A DNA stretch of 64,000 bases from assembly GCA_910579335.1 (NCBI GenBank), contig CAJTUQ010000003.1, positions 608-64,607 on the forward strand, given 5' to 3'. Within the stretch, counting starts at the first letter, position 1, and every line of letters starts with the position of its first letter. The position numbers were made by a program, and so were the translations under genes. Origin of the DNA: an uncultured Dorea sp. (GTDB lineage Bacteria; Bacillota; Clostridia; Lachnospirales; Lachnospiraceae). The notes under the pieces were generated by a model. That model did no database searches and was not told the origin of the DNA. It worked only from the letters and a program-made list of their open reading frames with translations. Shown here in pieces: positions 10,614 through 20,673 of this stretch.

Positions 10614-10749
10614 ATTATAATTCCCTCCGCATATCCACAGCCTGAAAGCTTACCCTTCCCATCTATCTCTAAGTTTAGAGCAGAAACATACCTTCCGCAA
10701 ATACACAGAACGCATAATAGATATAACCACATGTTTATATGCAAGGAAA

Positions 10750-11145
10750 TCAATAAAGCGGCTCAGACTGATACAGCCCCCACCAGTACAATGCCGGCAG
10801 AATAAAATCAATTGACACAAAAACTGTAAATGTCCCATTCATCACCGTCTGTGCCACTGACACAAAAAGCGCCGCCGTATAGACTGCCACACATAGAACC
10901 GCCCCTTTTTTTACGCGCCCTCCAAATCCAAAAATACCCGCCGCAACGGAACATGTGCAACTGATAACGGACATGACAAGATTAAGAGGAGTCAGCGTCG
11001 CCTCAATCACACTCATATCCATCCCCGGTATCTCACTCATTTTGGGTATCATAATATAGCTTACAACAGTTCCAATCATTCCAAGTATCCCTGTAATAAT
11101 AAAAAGAACAGATACCACCTTTAATAATTTTGTCGGTTTAAACAT
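10750..11145 (-). CDS. Small integral membrane protein (about 4 TM), hypothetical
   Basis: 131 aa hydrophobic ORF with AGGAGG RBS directly after the ABC permease. Confidence 0.75.
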   Translation of the reverse strand: MFKPTKLLKVVSVLFIITGILGMIGTVVSYIMIPKMSEIPGMDMSVIEATLTPLNLVMSVISCTCSVAAGIFGFGGRVKKGAVLCVAVYTAALFVSVAQTVMNGTFTVFVSIDFILPALYWWGLYQSEPLY

Positions 11146-11169
11146 AGCTTTCTTCCTCCTTTTCGTCCG

Positions 11170-12405
11170 CTACAATTGTTTTAATGCGTCTATCGGACTC
11201 ATCCTGGCTGCTTTTTTGGCCGGATAAATACCGAATATGATTCCTACGCCGCAGGAAAATAGGGTTGTGGCAATCACTGCGCCCGGCGACAGCTTTGCAG
11301 AAAGCCCGCCTATATGAAGCGCCGATACAATTCCTGAAATTGCCGCCCCTGCCGCAATCCCTATCATTCCGCCGATTCCTGATATAATGGCCGACTCACA
11401 CAAAAACTGTAAAATAATAGAAGACGTCTTTGCACCAAGCGCTTTCCGGATACCGATTTCCCTCGTCCGCTCCGTAACGGACACCAGCATAATATTCATT
11501 ACCCCGATTCCTCCAACCAGCAGGGATATCCCCGCCACAAATACGATAAACGCCGTCACCGCATCCAATATGCCGCCCATCGCATTCGCCATATCCATAG
11601 CCTGCTGTTTTATAAACAGATTTTCACCCTCGCTCCTATGTCTGGCATTTAATGTCCGGACCGCAGCTTTCGCCACTGCATTTTCTTCCTCATGCTCTGC
11701 AAGGAAAATGCTGAGCGATTGAAAATCATCAACCTTCTCTCCCCAGCTTTCCGCCGCCGTGTAGGGAAGCTCCATGTAAACCGGCATCGACATGCCAAAC
11801 ATCTCCATTACCTGTCTGTTCGCTTCCATAACCTCCGGATCTGCGTCACGTACCCCCTTAATACGAACCGTTACAATGGCATCCTCGACCGTCACGTCAA
11901 AATCCATTCCCACGACCTCGGCCGTCCCGAACAGATAAAGTGCGCTTGCTTTGTCAAGAACGCAGGCGAAAGCTCCATTTGCCACGTCATCCTCCGTAAA
12001 AAAGCTTCCGTACAGCATCGGCATCTGTGCCGGGTCCGCCTTTGCATCCGGAGTCGTCAATACGACATATGCATCAAAGCTCCCCTTTCCCGTCTCCACG
12101 CTGCCCTGAACGATACTGCTTGAAGCCACGCCCTTCGCACGGTTTCCGAGAGATTCCTTCACAGCCATAAGATCCTCCCACGTAATCTTGGAGCACCTGC
12201 CCGTTTCCTCCGGATTCGGCATGACCGTTACACTCTTTACCTCCGTACCGGACATCACATCTTCTTTCAGGCCGTTTCCGATGGATACAATTGTAATCAC
12301 CGAGGAAATACCGATAATGATGCCAAGCATAGTAAGGAAAGAGCGTCCCTTATTCTCTTTTATATTGTACAGCGCCATCTTTATATATTCGACGAATTGT
12401 CCCAT
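11170..12405 (-). CDS. ABC transporter permease, MacB/FtsX family
   Basis: RSFLTMLGIIIGISSV and GGIGVMNIMLVSVTERTREIGIRKALGA signatures. Confidence 0.93.
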   Translation of the reverse strand: MGQFVEYIKMALYNIKENKGRSFLTMLGIIIGISSVITIVSIGNGLKEDVMSGTEVKSVTVMPNPEETGRCSKITWEDLMAVKESLGNRAKGVASSSIVQGSVETGKGSFDAYVVLTTPDAKADPAQMPMLYGSFFTEDDVANGAFACVLDKASALYLFGTAEVVGMDFDVTVEDAIVTVRIKGVRDADPEVMEANRQVMEMFGMSMPVYMELPYTAAESWGEKVDDFQSLSIFLAEHEEENAVAKAAVRTLNARHRSEGENLFIKQQAMDMANAMGGILDAVTAFIVFVAGISLLVGGIGVMNIMLVSVTERTREIGIRKALGAKTSSIILQFLCESAIISGIGGMIGIAAGAAISGIVSALHIGGLSAKLSPGAVIATTLFSCGVGIIFGIYPAKKAARMSPIDALKQL

Positions 12406-12409
12406 ATGC

Positions 12410-14017
12410 CTACTCCCCGTCCGCAGCTTCCTGCCTGATTCCTTCCGCCTTCATGCCTTCCTTTATATTGCCTGATATATCGGACACGATTTGGTCGCCC
12501 TCTTCAATGCCCGAAAGAACCTCTGACTTACTGGAAGAGACAATGCCTACTTCTACCTTCTGTTTTTTTACCGCCCCGTCCTTGAGTACATAGACGAAAT
12601 CTCCGTCAGCCGCCGTGTTAATAACTTCATTGGGCAGGCAGAGCGCATTCTCCTTCTCTGCCACCGTCATATTTACTTTTGCGCTGACGCCGATATAGAT
12701 GTCGTCGTCCGGATTGTCAATGCTAAGCTTTGCGCCGATAACCGGATTTCCCTTTTCATTTTTTAGAGCTATCTTATTGACTGATTCCAGTGTTCCCTGA
12801 TAGGTATGATTTCCCATTGTTACCACTGCTTTTTCTCCTGTCACCAGATTGTCAAAATCTCCGGCCGAAACCTCAAGCTCCACACACACATCACGGTTGC
12901 TCACCAGTGTGAACAGCTCTCCTCCCTGAATCGCATCGCTTCCTTCAAAGACTTTAACATCGGATATAATGCCGTCAAATTCCGCCCTGATGCCCTCTTT
13001 TCCTTTTTCCAGCAATTCTTTTGACGTAAGCTCCGCCATCTGTGCAAGATCTTCTGATACCTTCAAATTCTTTATCTGCGCATCCGTAAGCTTCGCATCC
13101 GCCGTTGCCTGCTTGCTGTTTTCCGCCTGCGCAAGGCTGCTTTTCAGCGCTTCAAGCTCCTGCTTCGCCTGTGCAAGGGACTGGACTAGCGTGCTGTCTT
13201 CTGTGCCGCCAATACCGCCTTCCAAAGAATCTCCCCCCAATTGCTTTAATTCCTGTTCAAACGTACGGTACTCCCTTTCCAGCCTGCTGATTTCATTTGT
13301 TGCGTTCTGCGCCTCATCGATTAACTGTGCCTTCGTCTGGCCGCCGTCCTGTTCTTCCTCCCCAAGATTATCAAGCTGACGCTGGGCATTCTCTTTTTTT
13401 GCTCTGCATACGCTCTGGCTGTCAAGATTATCCGCCATCTTCTTTTGGATACCGGCTCTTTCACCGGCAGCTTTTTCACTCTGCTTCGCTGACTCCTTCA
13501 CCTGTTTCTCAAGCTTCTGTATCTTTGTATTTTTCTTCTTAATCTGCGTCTTCAGCTCTGAAACTGCAGCATCCTGCTGCTTTTTTACCTCCCCCATGCT
13601 CTTTGCCGCCCGCCCGCTCTGTTCTTTTGCGTCTTGGCTCGTATATTTTGCGGACAATGTCTGAAGTCTTGAAGTTTGATTGTCCCTGTCTAAATTTTTT
13701 GTATCAAATATTATCAGCTTATCCCCTTTTTTTACCGCTTCACCGACTCTGGCTTTGTTTTCCTTGATTGGCGCATTCACTGGCGAATAAAAAGTCTTAC
13801 TCCTTTCACTCACGACCGTCCCTGACGTATGGTACACTTCCTTTACGCTCTCATACCCGGCCTCAACCACATTCAGCTTTACCTCACCTACGTTTCCGCC
13901 GACAGCCTTCGAAATTCCAAAACAAATAACGGCCATGCCCGCAAGAATCGGAAGAATCACCCATCCTGGAAGCTTTTTTCTTCTTCTCCTGTATTTTCTT
14001 CTGCGCTCCTTACTCAT
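12410..14017 (-). CDS. Efflux membrane-fusion / periplasmic adaptor subunit (MacA/HlyD-like) with long coiled coil
   Basis: N-terminal TM anchor, lipoyl half-motifs (VGEAVKKGD, IRAEFDGII), helical centre; lies between ABC ATPase and permease. Confidence 0.88.
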   Translation of the reverse strand: MSKERRRKYRRRRKKLPGWVILPILAGMAVICFGISKAVGGNVGEVKLNVVEAGYESVKEVYHTSGTVVSERSKTFYSPVNAPIKENKARVGEAVKKGDKLIIFDTKNLDRDNQTSRLQTLSAKYTSQDAKEQSGRAAKSMGEVKKQQDAAVSELKTQIKKKNTKIQKLEKQVKESAKQSEKAAGERAGIQKKMADNLDSQSVCRAKKENAQRQLDNLGEEEQDGGQTKAQLIDEAQNATNEISRLEREYRTFEQELKQLGGDSLEGGIGGTEDSTLVQSLAQAKQELEALKSSLAQAENSKQATADAKLTDAQIKNLKVSEDLAQMAELTSKELLEKGKEGIRAEFDGIISDVKVFEGSDAIQGGELFTLVSNRDVCVELEVSAGDFDNLVTGEKAVVTMGNHTYQGTLESVNKIALKNEKGNPVIGAKLSIDNPDDDIYIGVSAKVNMTVAEKENALCLPNEVINTAADGDFVYVLKDGAVKKQKVEVGIVSSSKSEVLSGIEEGDQIVSDISGNIKEGMKAEGIRQEAADGE

Positions 14018-14717
14018 TCTTCATATCCTCCTGTTCCTTCCAATCGTCGTCGATGATTTTTCCGTCCTTTATCCGGATCACCCGTTCTGCCTGCGCCGCA
14101 ATCTCAGAATCGTGAGTGATGACAATTACCGTCCTCCCTGCTTTATGCAATTCCTTCAGGATATCCAAAATCTCTTTGGTAGAATGAGAATCCAGATTGC
14201 CTGTCGGCTCATCAGCCAAAATCACCGGCGGACGGGCAGCGATAGCTCTTGCGACCGCAACCCGCTGCTGCTGTCCGCCGGACATCTGCGCCGGCTTATG
14301 GCGGATCCTATTGCCAAGTCCTACCGCTTCCAGCGAGGATATGGCAATCTCACGTCTTGAACGCCTGTCGAGCCCTCTGTAAATCAAGGGAAGCTCCACG
14401 TTGGAAAGTGCGTCCAAATTGGGAATTAGATGAAATCCCTGAAATATAAACCCGATTTCTTGATTGCGGATATCAGAAAGCTCATTATCCGACATTTGGG
14501 ATACATCCCTTCCATTTAAACAGTAAGTTCCCTTTGTCGGCGTATCCAGGCATCCCATCATATTCATCAGCGTTGACTTTCCTGAGCCGGAATGCCCGAT
14601 AACCGCCGCAAACTCTCCCTCGTCAATAGTGAGGCTGATTCCGTCCAAGGCATGCACCTCATTTTCGCCGGGATGATATATTTTGTACATATCCCTAATC
14701 TCAATCAATCTACCCAT
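14010..14717 (-). CDS. ABC transporter ATP-binding protein (MacB/LolD-like)
   Basis: Walker A GHSGSGKS, signature MSGGQQQR, Walker [12 protein letters not shown]. Confidence 0.95.
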   Translation of the reverse strand: MGRLIEIRDMYKIYHPGENEVHALDGISLTIDEGEFAAVIGHSGSGKSTLMNMMGCLDTPTKGTYCLNGRDVSQMSDNELSDIRNQEIGFIFQGFHLIPNLDALSNVELPLIYRGLDRRSRREIAISSLEAVGLGNRIRHKPAQMSGGQQQRVAVARAIAARPPVILADEPTGNLDSHSTKEILDILKELHKAGRTVIVITHDSEIAAQAERVIRIKDGKIIDDDWKEQEDMKNE

Positions 14718-14746
14718 ATGGCGTTCCTTTCTGTATTATTATACTA

Positions 14747-14796
14747 TTGTACTACTTAACTAGTATAATTATATAACAGAAGTTTCTATATTGCAA
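14747..14796 (-). promoter_or_regulatory. Sigma-A promoter of the exporter operon with an overlapping palindromic operator
   Basis: TTGCAA-17-TATAAT (14796-14768); TTGTACTA-CTTAAC-TAGTATAA at 14747-14768. Confidence 0.65.
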
Positions 14797-14823
14797 TAAC
14801 AAGTTTGGGGTAAAATGAAACGT

Positions 14824-14855
14824 AAAAAATGCACCCTGATTTCTCAGGATGCATT
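14824..14855 (-). terminator. Intrinsic terminator of the alpha operon
   Basis: AAUGCAUCCUGA-GAAA-UCAGGGUGCAUU followed by a U run, after rplQ. Confidence 0.85.
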
Positions 14856-14875
14856 CGCATACTTTAAATATTATA

Positions 14876-15412
14876 CTATACTAATTCGATTAAAACCTGC
14901 ATCGCAGCATCGCCTTTGCGCTGTCCGATTTTAATGATTCTTGTGTAACCGCCGTTACGATTCTCATATTTCGGTGCAATCTCGTCAAATAATTTCGCTG
15001 CAAGGTCTACCTGCTTCGTAAGTTTCTTTCTTCCGGCCTGTGCCGCAGGAACCTCTTTTACAGGATAAAGGACTTTAAGTATCTGACGGCGCGCATGAAG
15101 TCTGCTTGGCATATCCTTTTTAATTTTCTTGTCGACTTCATCATAAACAGTAACTTTCTTACCGTCCACTACTTCTTTGATTCTCTTTCCGTCCTTGTCC
15201 TTGCGGGCAACTTTAGCCTTTACCGTAACTTCTTCGAAATTATCCTTTTCTTTTACTGCCAGGGCAATCAAGTGCTCTGCAATCTTGCGGATTTCCTTTG
15301 CCCTCGTTTCTGTCGTAACTATCTTTCCGTTGTTAATCAGAGCGGTTACCTGATTTCTCAATAATGCTTTTCTCTGGCTTGATGTTCTGCCGAGTTTTCT
15401 ATACTTTGCCAT
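14876..15412 (-). CDS. rplQ: 50S ribosomal protein L17 (long form)
   Basis: [15 protein letters not shown] and [10 protein letters not shown] motifs; last gene of alpha operon; 178 aa. Confidence 0.97.
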   Translation of the reverse strand: MAKYRKLGRTSSQRKALLRNQVTALINNGKIVTTETRAKEIRKIAEHLIALAVKEKDNFEEVTVKAKVARKDKDGKRIKEVVDGKKVTVYDEVDKKIKKDMPSRLHARRQILKVLYPVKEVPAAQAGRKKLTKQVDLAAKLFDEIAPKYENRNGGYTRIIKIGQRKGDAAMQVLIELV

Positions 15413-15541
15413 CTTTCTAATCCTCCATTATTTACATCCGGCCGTATCTTAAAACAAAGTGAACCGAATGCTCTGCCATGCGCTTCGGACTTATTGGCAG
15501 AAATTATTATTTTTTAGTCTAAGCCAAATTGTGCAGACAGC

Positions 15542-16501
15542 CTACTCTTCGCCTTTACTGAGGCTAAGACCCAGCTCATCTAACTTTGCAAGCACTTCCT
15601 CCAGAGACTTGCGTCCAAGATTCCTTACCTTCATCATGTCTTCCGGAGTCCTGTTTGTCAGCTCTTCCACAGTATTAATACCTGCTCTCTTGAGACAATT
15701 GTATGAACGTACGGAAAGTTCCAGTTCGTCAATACTCATCTCAAGAACTTTTTCTTTTTCATCATCTTCTCTCTCAATCATAACTTCCGCAGCCTGCGCC
15801 ACTTCCGAAAGATCGATGAAAAGTTTCAGATGTTCGCTAAGTACCTTTGCCGCCAGACTAATTGCCTCGTCCGGGAGCAGCGTTCCATTTGTGTATACAT
15901 CCAACGTCAGCTTATCAAAATCTGTAATCTGCCCTACACGCGTATTCTCTACAGTCAAATTCACCCGCTCAATCGGTGTATAGATAGAATCAATCGGAAT
16001 GACAGCAATCGGTAAATCATCATTCTTATTTTTGTCTGCGCTCACATAGCCCCTGCCGTTTGTAATGGTAATTTCCATGTAAAGCTTACTGTCTGCCCCG
16101 CCGTTCAATGTCGCAATGACTGTCTCCGGATTCATGATCTCAATATCCGGATCAACCTGAATGTCCGCCGCCGTCACAACACCTTCGCCCTCAAACTCAA
16201 TATATGCCGTCTTCGGCTCATCTGTCTCGGATGTGTTCTTTATAGCCAGCGATTTCAAATTCATGACAATCTCAGTAACATCTTCTTTCACCCCGGGAAT
16301 GGAACTGAACTCATGCAGAACGCCGTCAATCTTTACCTGGCTGATTGCCGTGCCAGGCAGAGACGAAAGCATGATTCTTCTAAGGGAGTTTCCTAATGTT
16401 GTGCCATAGCCTCTCTCTAACGGCTCTACAACAAATCTTCCATATTTCTTATCTTCTGAAATCTCTGTAATTTCAATATTGGGTTTATTAAAATCAAACA
16501 C
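15542..16501 (-). CDS. rpoA: RNA polymerase alpha subunit
   Basis: [17 protein letters not shown] and [18 protein letters not shown] at 16501 fits the GGAGG spacing better than 16510. Confidence 0.98.
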   Translation of the reverse strand: MFDFNKPNIEITEISEDKKYGRFVVEPLERGYGTTLGNSLRRIMLSSLPGTAISQVKIDGVLHEFSSIPGVKEDVTEIVMNLKSLAIKNTSETDEPKTAYIEFEGEGVVTAADIQVDPDIEIMNPETVIATLNGGADSKLYMEITITNGRGYVSADKNKNDDLPIAVIPIDSIYTPIERVNLTVENTRVGQITDFDKLTLDVYTNGTLLPDEAISLAAKVLSEHLKLFIDLSEVAQAAEVMIEREDDEKEKVLEMSIDELELSVRSYNCLKRAGINTVEELTNRTPEDMMKVRNLGRKSLEEVLAKLDELGLSLSKGEE

Positions 16502-16531
16502 TAAGTCCACCTCCTGTGGTGTTACGGGTTA

Positions 16532-17125
16532 TTATTTAGAATACAACTCGACAATCAGCATCTCGTCAACCGGAACGTCAATTGCATCGCGATTCGGAAG
16601 CTCTTTAACAGTTCCTTTTAAATTCTCCGCATCAGCCTCAAGCCAGTCAGGAACCATGCGTCCGCCGGTAACTTCTACGATCTCTTTATATCTCGGTGAG
16701 CTTTTGTGTTTTTCTTTGATTTCAATCACATCTCCTGCTTTAATCAGGTATGATGGAATATTAACCTGTTTTCCATTTACAAGAACATGCTTGTGGTCTA
16801 CGATCTGTCTTGCTTCACGTCTGGTTCTTGCAAACCCAAGACGGAACACAACGTTATCCAATCTGGACTCCAGAAGCACCATCAGGTTTTCACCTGTCAT
16901 GCCGCTCATCTGTTTTGCCTTCTTGTAATAATTTCTAAAAGGCTTCTCCAATACGCCGTAGATGAATTTTGCTTTCTGTTTCTCACGCAGCTGAAGGCCA
17001 TACTCGCTCATCTTTCTGCTTGATCTTTTCAACTGTCTGTTTGACTTTTTATCAATTCCCAAATAAACAGGATCCATACCAAGTGATCTGCATCTTTTAA
17101 GAACAGGAACTCTATTCACTGCCAT
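16532..17125 (-). CDS. rpsD: 30S ribosomal protein S4
   Basis: [32 protein letters not shown]. Confidence 0.98.
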   Translation of the reverse strand: MAVNRVPVLKRCRSLGMDPVYLGIDKKSNRQLKRSSRKMSEYGLQLREKQKAKFIYGVLEKPFRNYYKKAKQMSGMTGENLMVLLESRLDNVVFRLGFARTRREARQIVDHKHVLVNGKQVNIPSYLIKAGDVIEIKEKHKSSPRYKEIVEVTGGRMVPDWLEADAENLKGTVKELPNRDAIDVPVDEMLIVELYSK

Positions 17126-17148
17126 GTTTTATCTCCCTCCTATCCTCA

Positions 17149-17544
17149 TTAGACTCTTCTGCGCTTCGGCGGACGACAGCCATTGTGCGGTACCGGTGTA
17201 ACGTCTCTGATGCTTGTAACGTCGATTCCGCATGCCTGAAGAGCACGAATCGCCGCTTCTCTTCCTGAACCAGGTCCTTTAACGAATACGTCAACGGTTT
17301 TCAATCCATGCACCAATGCTGCTTTAGCTGCTGTTTCAGCCGCCATCTGAGCTGCATAGGGGGTAGATTTCCTTGAACCTCTAAAACCAAGACCGCCTGC
17401 ACTTGCCCATGAAAGAGCGTTGCCCTGTGCATCAGTTAATGTAACGATTGTGTTATTAAAAGATGACTGGATATGTGCTTGTCCCCGTTCAACGTTTTTC
17501 TTGACACGTTTCTTTGTCACTTTCTTTGTAACTTTCTTTGCCAT
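17149..17544 (-). CDS. rpsK: 30S ribosomal protein S11
   Basis: [30 protein letters not shown]. Confidence 0.98.
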   Translation of the reverse strand: MAKKVTKKVTKKRVKKNVERGQAHIQSSFNNTIVTLTDAQGNALSWASAGGLGFRGSRKSTPYAAQMAAETAAKAALVHGLKTVDVFVKGPGSGREAAIRALQACGIDVTSIRDVTPVPHNGCRPPKRRRV

Positions 17545-17599
17545 AATAAAACTAACCTACACTTTCCTATATTTGTTCAATTTTTAGATGTTTTTAGTA

Positions 17600-17722
17600 G
17601 TTCTTTCCACTTTTGCCTGCGCGGAAAAAACTTGTTGAAGTTCTTCTCGCTTTGCTCGAAGAACGAAGAAATACCTAAGCTCAAGCTGCGCTTTCAGCTT
17701 GCTTTCACTAAGTTATTTCTTC
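17600..17722. repeat. Structured intergenic repeat, copy after rpsM
   Basis: GTTCTTC-tcgctttgctc-GAAGAAC (17640-17664), then GAAGAAATA..CTAAGCTCAAGCTG..CAGCTTGCTTTCACTAAG..TATTTCTTC; degenerate extra hairpin at 17600-17631. Confidence 0.8.
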
Positions 17723-18081
17723 TTATTAGCCACTGTTCTCTTGGGGCCTTTCCGGGTTCTTGCATTGGTCTTTGTCTTCTGACCGCGGACCGGAAGACCT
17801 TTTCTGTGACGGATACCTCTGTAGCATCCGATTTCCTGTAATCTCTTAATGTTAAGAGCGATTTCTCTGCGGAGATCACCTTCTACCATCTGTGTCTCAT
17901 CGATGACTGTACTGATTTTCTTTACATCGTCATCTGTCAAATCTCTGCAGCGGATATCAGGATCTACTCCTGCTTCTGCCAAAATACGGTTTGAACTTGT
18001 TCTACCGATTCCGTAGATATAAGTTAATCCGATTTCAACACGTTTGTCTCTTGGTAAGTCTACACCTGCTATACGAGCCAT
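17713..18081 (-). CDS. rpsM: 30S ribosomal protein S13
   Basis: [29 protein letters not shown]. Confidence 0.98.
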   Translation of the reverse strand: MARIAGVDLPRDKRVEIGLTYIYGIGRTSSNRILAEAGVDPDIRCRDLTDDDVKKISTVIDETQMVEGDLRREIALNIKRLQEIGCYRGIRHRKGLPVRGQKTKTNARTRKGPKRTVANKKK

Positions 18082-18340
18082 GTAATTTTCCTCCGTTTTC
18101 TTTGTTTTTCATACTGACTTTAATAGGGACGACTTTATTTCGTCCAGATACGGTTCGGTATACCCGTATCCTTTCCGGCCACCGGATATACTTTAATATA
18201 TCGGTAATGACGGGCCGGCATTAGAAGCAATATACGAGGAATCCACCGGCTAAAGGTGTGTCCTTGTATATTTGAAATAGTCTACACACGCCCTGGTGTG
18301 TCCGACTATCAGCCGCCTAAATTACTGCATAAGCATATCT

Positions 18341-18428
18341 AAGGAAGTTCGATTCCCTGGGGCATCGAACAGCTTTCCCACTAAGCTTTAACTTCGCCTT
18401 GCGGCTCGTTATCGCCAAGTGTTCAAGC
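18341..18428. repeat. Structured intergenic repeat, copy after rpmJ
   Basis: AAGGAA-GTTCGAT-N10-ATCGAAC (18347-18370), then CACTAAGCT..CTTCGCCTTGCGGCTCG..TCGCCAAGTGTTC. Confidence 0.8.
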
Positions 18429-18542
18429 CTAACCCTGACGCTGCTTATGCTTTGGATTTTCGCAGATAATGCGAACGCTTCCTTTTCTTTTAATTACTTT
18501 GCATTTCTCGCAAATTGGTTTTACTGATGATCTAACCTTCAC
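18429..18542 (-). CDS. rpmJ: 50S ribosomal protein L36
   Basis: GTG start after [45 protein letters not shown], 37 aa, Zn-binding type. Confidence 0.97.
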   Translation of the reverse strand: MKVRSSVKPICEKCKVIKRKGSVRIICENPKHKQRQG

Positions 18543-18656
18543 GTCAAATCCTCCTTTCATCCATTGCTCTGCCAACGGTTTACAGACGCATTTTCCATGT
18601 AAATACCGGCCGGATGCCACATTTACGCATAAAAATGCCCGAAAACGCGCTTATAT

Positions 18657-18685
18657 AGTATAGCACCCCATTTCAACAAAGTCAA
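18657..18685 (-). promoter_or_regulatory. Internal sigma-A promoter for rpmJ and the alpha operon
   Basis: TTGACT-17-TATACT with extended -10 TG. Confidence 0.75.
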
Positions 18686-18701
18686 CAGATTTTTCTCTTA
18701 T

Positions 18702-18920
18702 TTATTTGTCCCTCCAAATAATTCTTCCTTTGGAAAGATCATAAGGAGACAGCTCCAAAGTTACTTTATCCCCCGGAAGGATTTTTATAAAATTCATACG
18801 AAGTTTTCCGCTGATGTGTGCAAGCACCTGATGCCCGTTTTCCAGTTCTACCTGAAACATGGCATTCGGCAGCTTTTCTACTACTGTTCCTTCAATCTCG
18901 ATTACGTCAGCCTTTGACAT
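18702..18920 (-). CDS. infA: Translation initiation factor IF-1
   Basis: [37 protein letters not shown]. Confidence 0.98.
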   Translation of the reverse strand: MSKADVIEIEGTVVEKLPNAMFQVELENGHQVLAHISGKLRMNFIKILPGDKVTLELSPYDLSKGRIIWRDK

Positions 18921-18923
18921 ATA

Positions 18924-19184
18924 TTAATCCTCCTGTTTTACCTCTTCCTTTTTCCACTCTTTCACAATCCGCCGAATCTTTGCATCTTCAATGCCGCGGA
19001 TATCATACTGCTTTTTAATAATCTGAATATGCCTGTATTTTTTCTTTTTCGGCCTGTCAAGCGTCCTCGTTTTTCCGTCCACTAAATATACGTATGCGCC
19101 GTCTGCATCAATTATCACATAAATACTGCCCTTATCATGACCTGCGGATGAAGCGGCAAGCATCCCAATATAGTTTTCATTCAT
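18924..19184 (-). CDS. KOW-domain RNA-binding protein (L14e-like)
   Basis: SSAGHDKG..YLVDGKTR..PKKKKYRHI; usual clostridial position between map and infA. Confidence 0.85.
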   Translation of the reverse strand: MNENYIGMLAASSAGHDKGSIYVIIDADGAYVYLVDGKTRTLDRPKKKKYRHIQIIKKQYDIRGIEDAKIRRIVKEWKKEEVKQED

Positions 19185-19187
19185 ATC

Positions 19188-19958
19188 CTAAGCCTGCCTC
19201 CCGCTTCCGCTCAATGATAAAAGCTTTGGCTCGCCATCGGTTATCAGCACCGTATTCTCATAATGCGCCGAGAGGGATTTGTCCCGGCTCACAACTGTCC
19301 AGTCATCATCAAGCCAGTCTACCTCCCATGTCCCCATATTAATCATAGGTTCGATTGCCAGCGTCATTCCCGCCTTCAGCGCAACGCCTCTGCGGGCCAT
19401 CACATAATTGGGTATCTGTGGCGATTCATGGAGCTTTGTCCCGATTCCGTGGCCGCACAAATCACGGACAACCCCATACCCAAAGCTCTCTGCATAGGTT
19501 CCTATCGCCCTGGAAATATCAAATAGATGATTGCCCTCTTTGGCATATTTTATACCCTCAAAGAAACATTCCCTCGTAACTTTGATAAGCTTTTCTGCCT
19601 CTTTGCTAATCTCCCCGATACCATGCGTCCTTGCGGCGTCCGAGTGATATCCCTTATAAATCACCCCGGCATCCAGGCTGACAATGTCACCGTCCTTTAA
19701 AATCCGCTTGCTGCTTGGTATTCCATGTACGACTTCTTCATTGACTGATACGCAGATAGACGCCGGGTATCCGTTATAATTTAAAAAGGAAGGGATACAG
19801 CCATAGCTGCGTATTACCTCTTCTCCAAGACGGTCAATGTCCATCGTGCTCATGCCCGGATGAAGCGCCTTTTCAAGTTCATTATGCACGATTTCCAAAA
19901 TTCTCCCGGCTTCGGCCATCAGCTCAATTTCTCTTGCCGACTTAATTTCTATTGGCAT
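19188..19958 (-). CDS. map: Methionine aminopeptidase type I
   Basis: SVNEEVVHGIP, GHGIG..LHE, AIEPM, SAHYE. Confidence 0.97.
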   Translation of the reverse strand: MPIEIKSAREIELMAEAGRILEIVHNELEKALHPGMSTMDIDRLGEEVIRSYGCIPSFLNYNGYPASICVSVNEEVVHGIPSSKRILKDGDIVSLDAGVIYKGYHSDAARTHGIGEISKEAEKLIKVTRECFFEGIKYAKEGNHLFDISRAIGTYAESFGYGVVRDLCGHGIGTKLHESPQIPNYVMARRGVALKAGMTLAIEPMINMGTWEVDWLDDDWTVVSRDKSLSAHYENTVLITDGEPKLLSLSGSGRQA

Positions 19959-19962
19959 GCCG

Positions 19963-20607
19963 CTACTCTCCTAATATATCAACAATCGCTTTAAATACGT
20001 CATTCATGTCAACTGTACCGTCAACAGTCTTTAAAATGCCTGCTTTTGTATAATAATCAATCAAAGGCTGTGTCTGTTCGTGATAGACATTCAGGCGTTT
20101 CTGCACCGTCTCCGGCTTGTCGTCATCCCTGAGTATCAATTCCTTTTTACATACGTCGCAAATGCCCTCTTCCTTCGTCGGAGCATATACAAGATGGTAT
20201 GTAGCCCCGCAGCCCACACATGCGCGCCGTCCGCCCATACGCTTTACAATATTCTCATCCGGGACGTCCACATCGATTGCATAGTCCATCTTCTGTCCCA
20301 TCCCCGCAAGAGCCTTATCGAGCGCTTCCGCCTGCGGAATCGTCCTCGGAAATCCGTCTAAGACATATCCCTTCGAACAGTCCTCCTGATTTACGCGGTC
20401 TACAACCAAATCAACAACCAGCTCATCCGGCACAAGGAGCCCCTGATCCATATATGTTTTTGCCTTTTTCCCTAATTCCGTTCCGTTTTTTATATTTGCA
20501 CGGAAAATATCGCCTGTCGAGATATGAGGAATCTCATACTTTGCTGCAATTTTCTTTGCCTGAGTCCCTTTTCCTGCGCCCGGTGCGCCTAACATAATTA
20601 TTTTCAT
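19963..20607 (-). CDS. adk: Adenylate kinase
   Basis: [18 protein letters not shown], Zn-binding lid with two CxxC. Confidence 0.98.
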   Translation of the reverse strand: MKIIMLGAPGAGKGTQAKKIAAKYEIPHISTGDIFRANIKNGTELGKKAKTYMDQGLLVPDELVVDLVVDRVNQEDCSKGYVLDGFPRTIPQAEALDKALAGMGQKMDYAIDVDVPDENIVKRMGGRRACVGCGATYHLVYAPTKEEGICDVCKKELILRDDDKPETVQKRLNVYHEQTQPLIDYYTKAGILKTVDGTVDMNDVFKAIVDILGE

Positions 20608-20673
20608 ATAAGTCGTCCTCCTTATAGCATTTTAACCCGCGAAATTATAAATTCCGCGAGTTGAAAATGACTT

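Noticed and set aside
15413..15541. Seventh repeat copy in the rpoA-rplQ spacer
   Set aside because: A hairpin (CTGCCA..TGGCAG) is present but lacks the GTTC..GAAC and CACTAAG modules; too degenerate to call.
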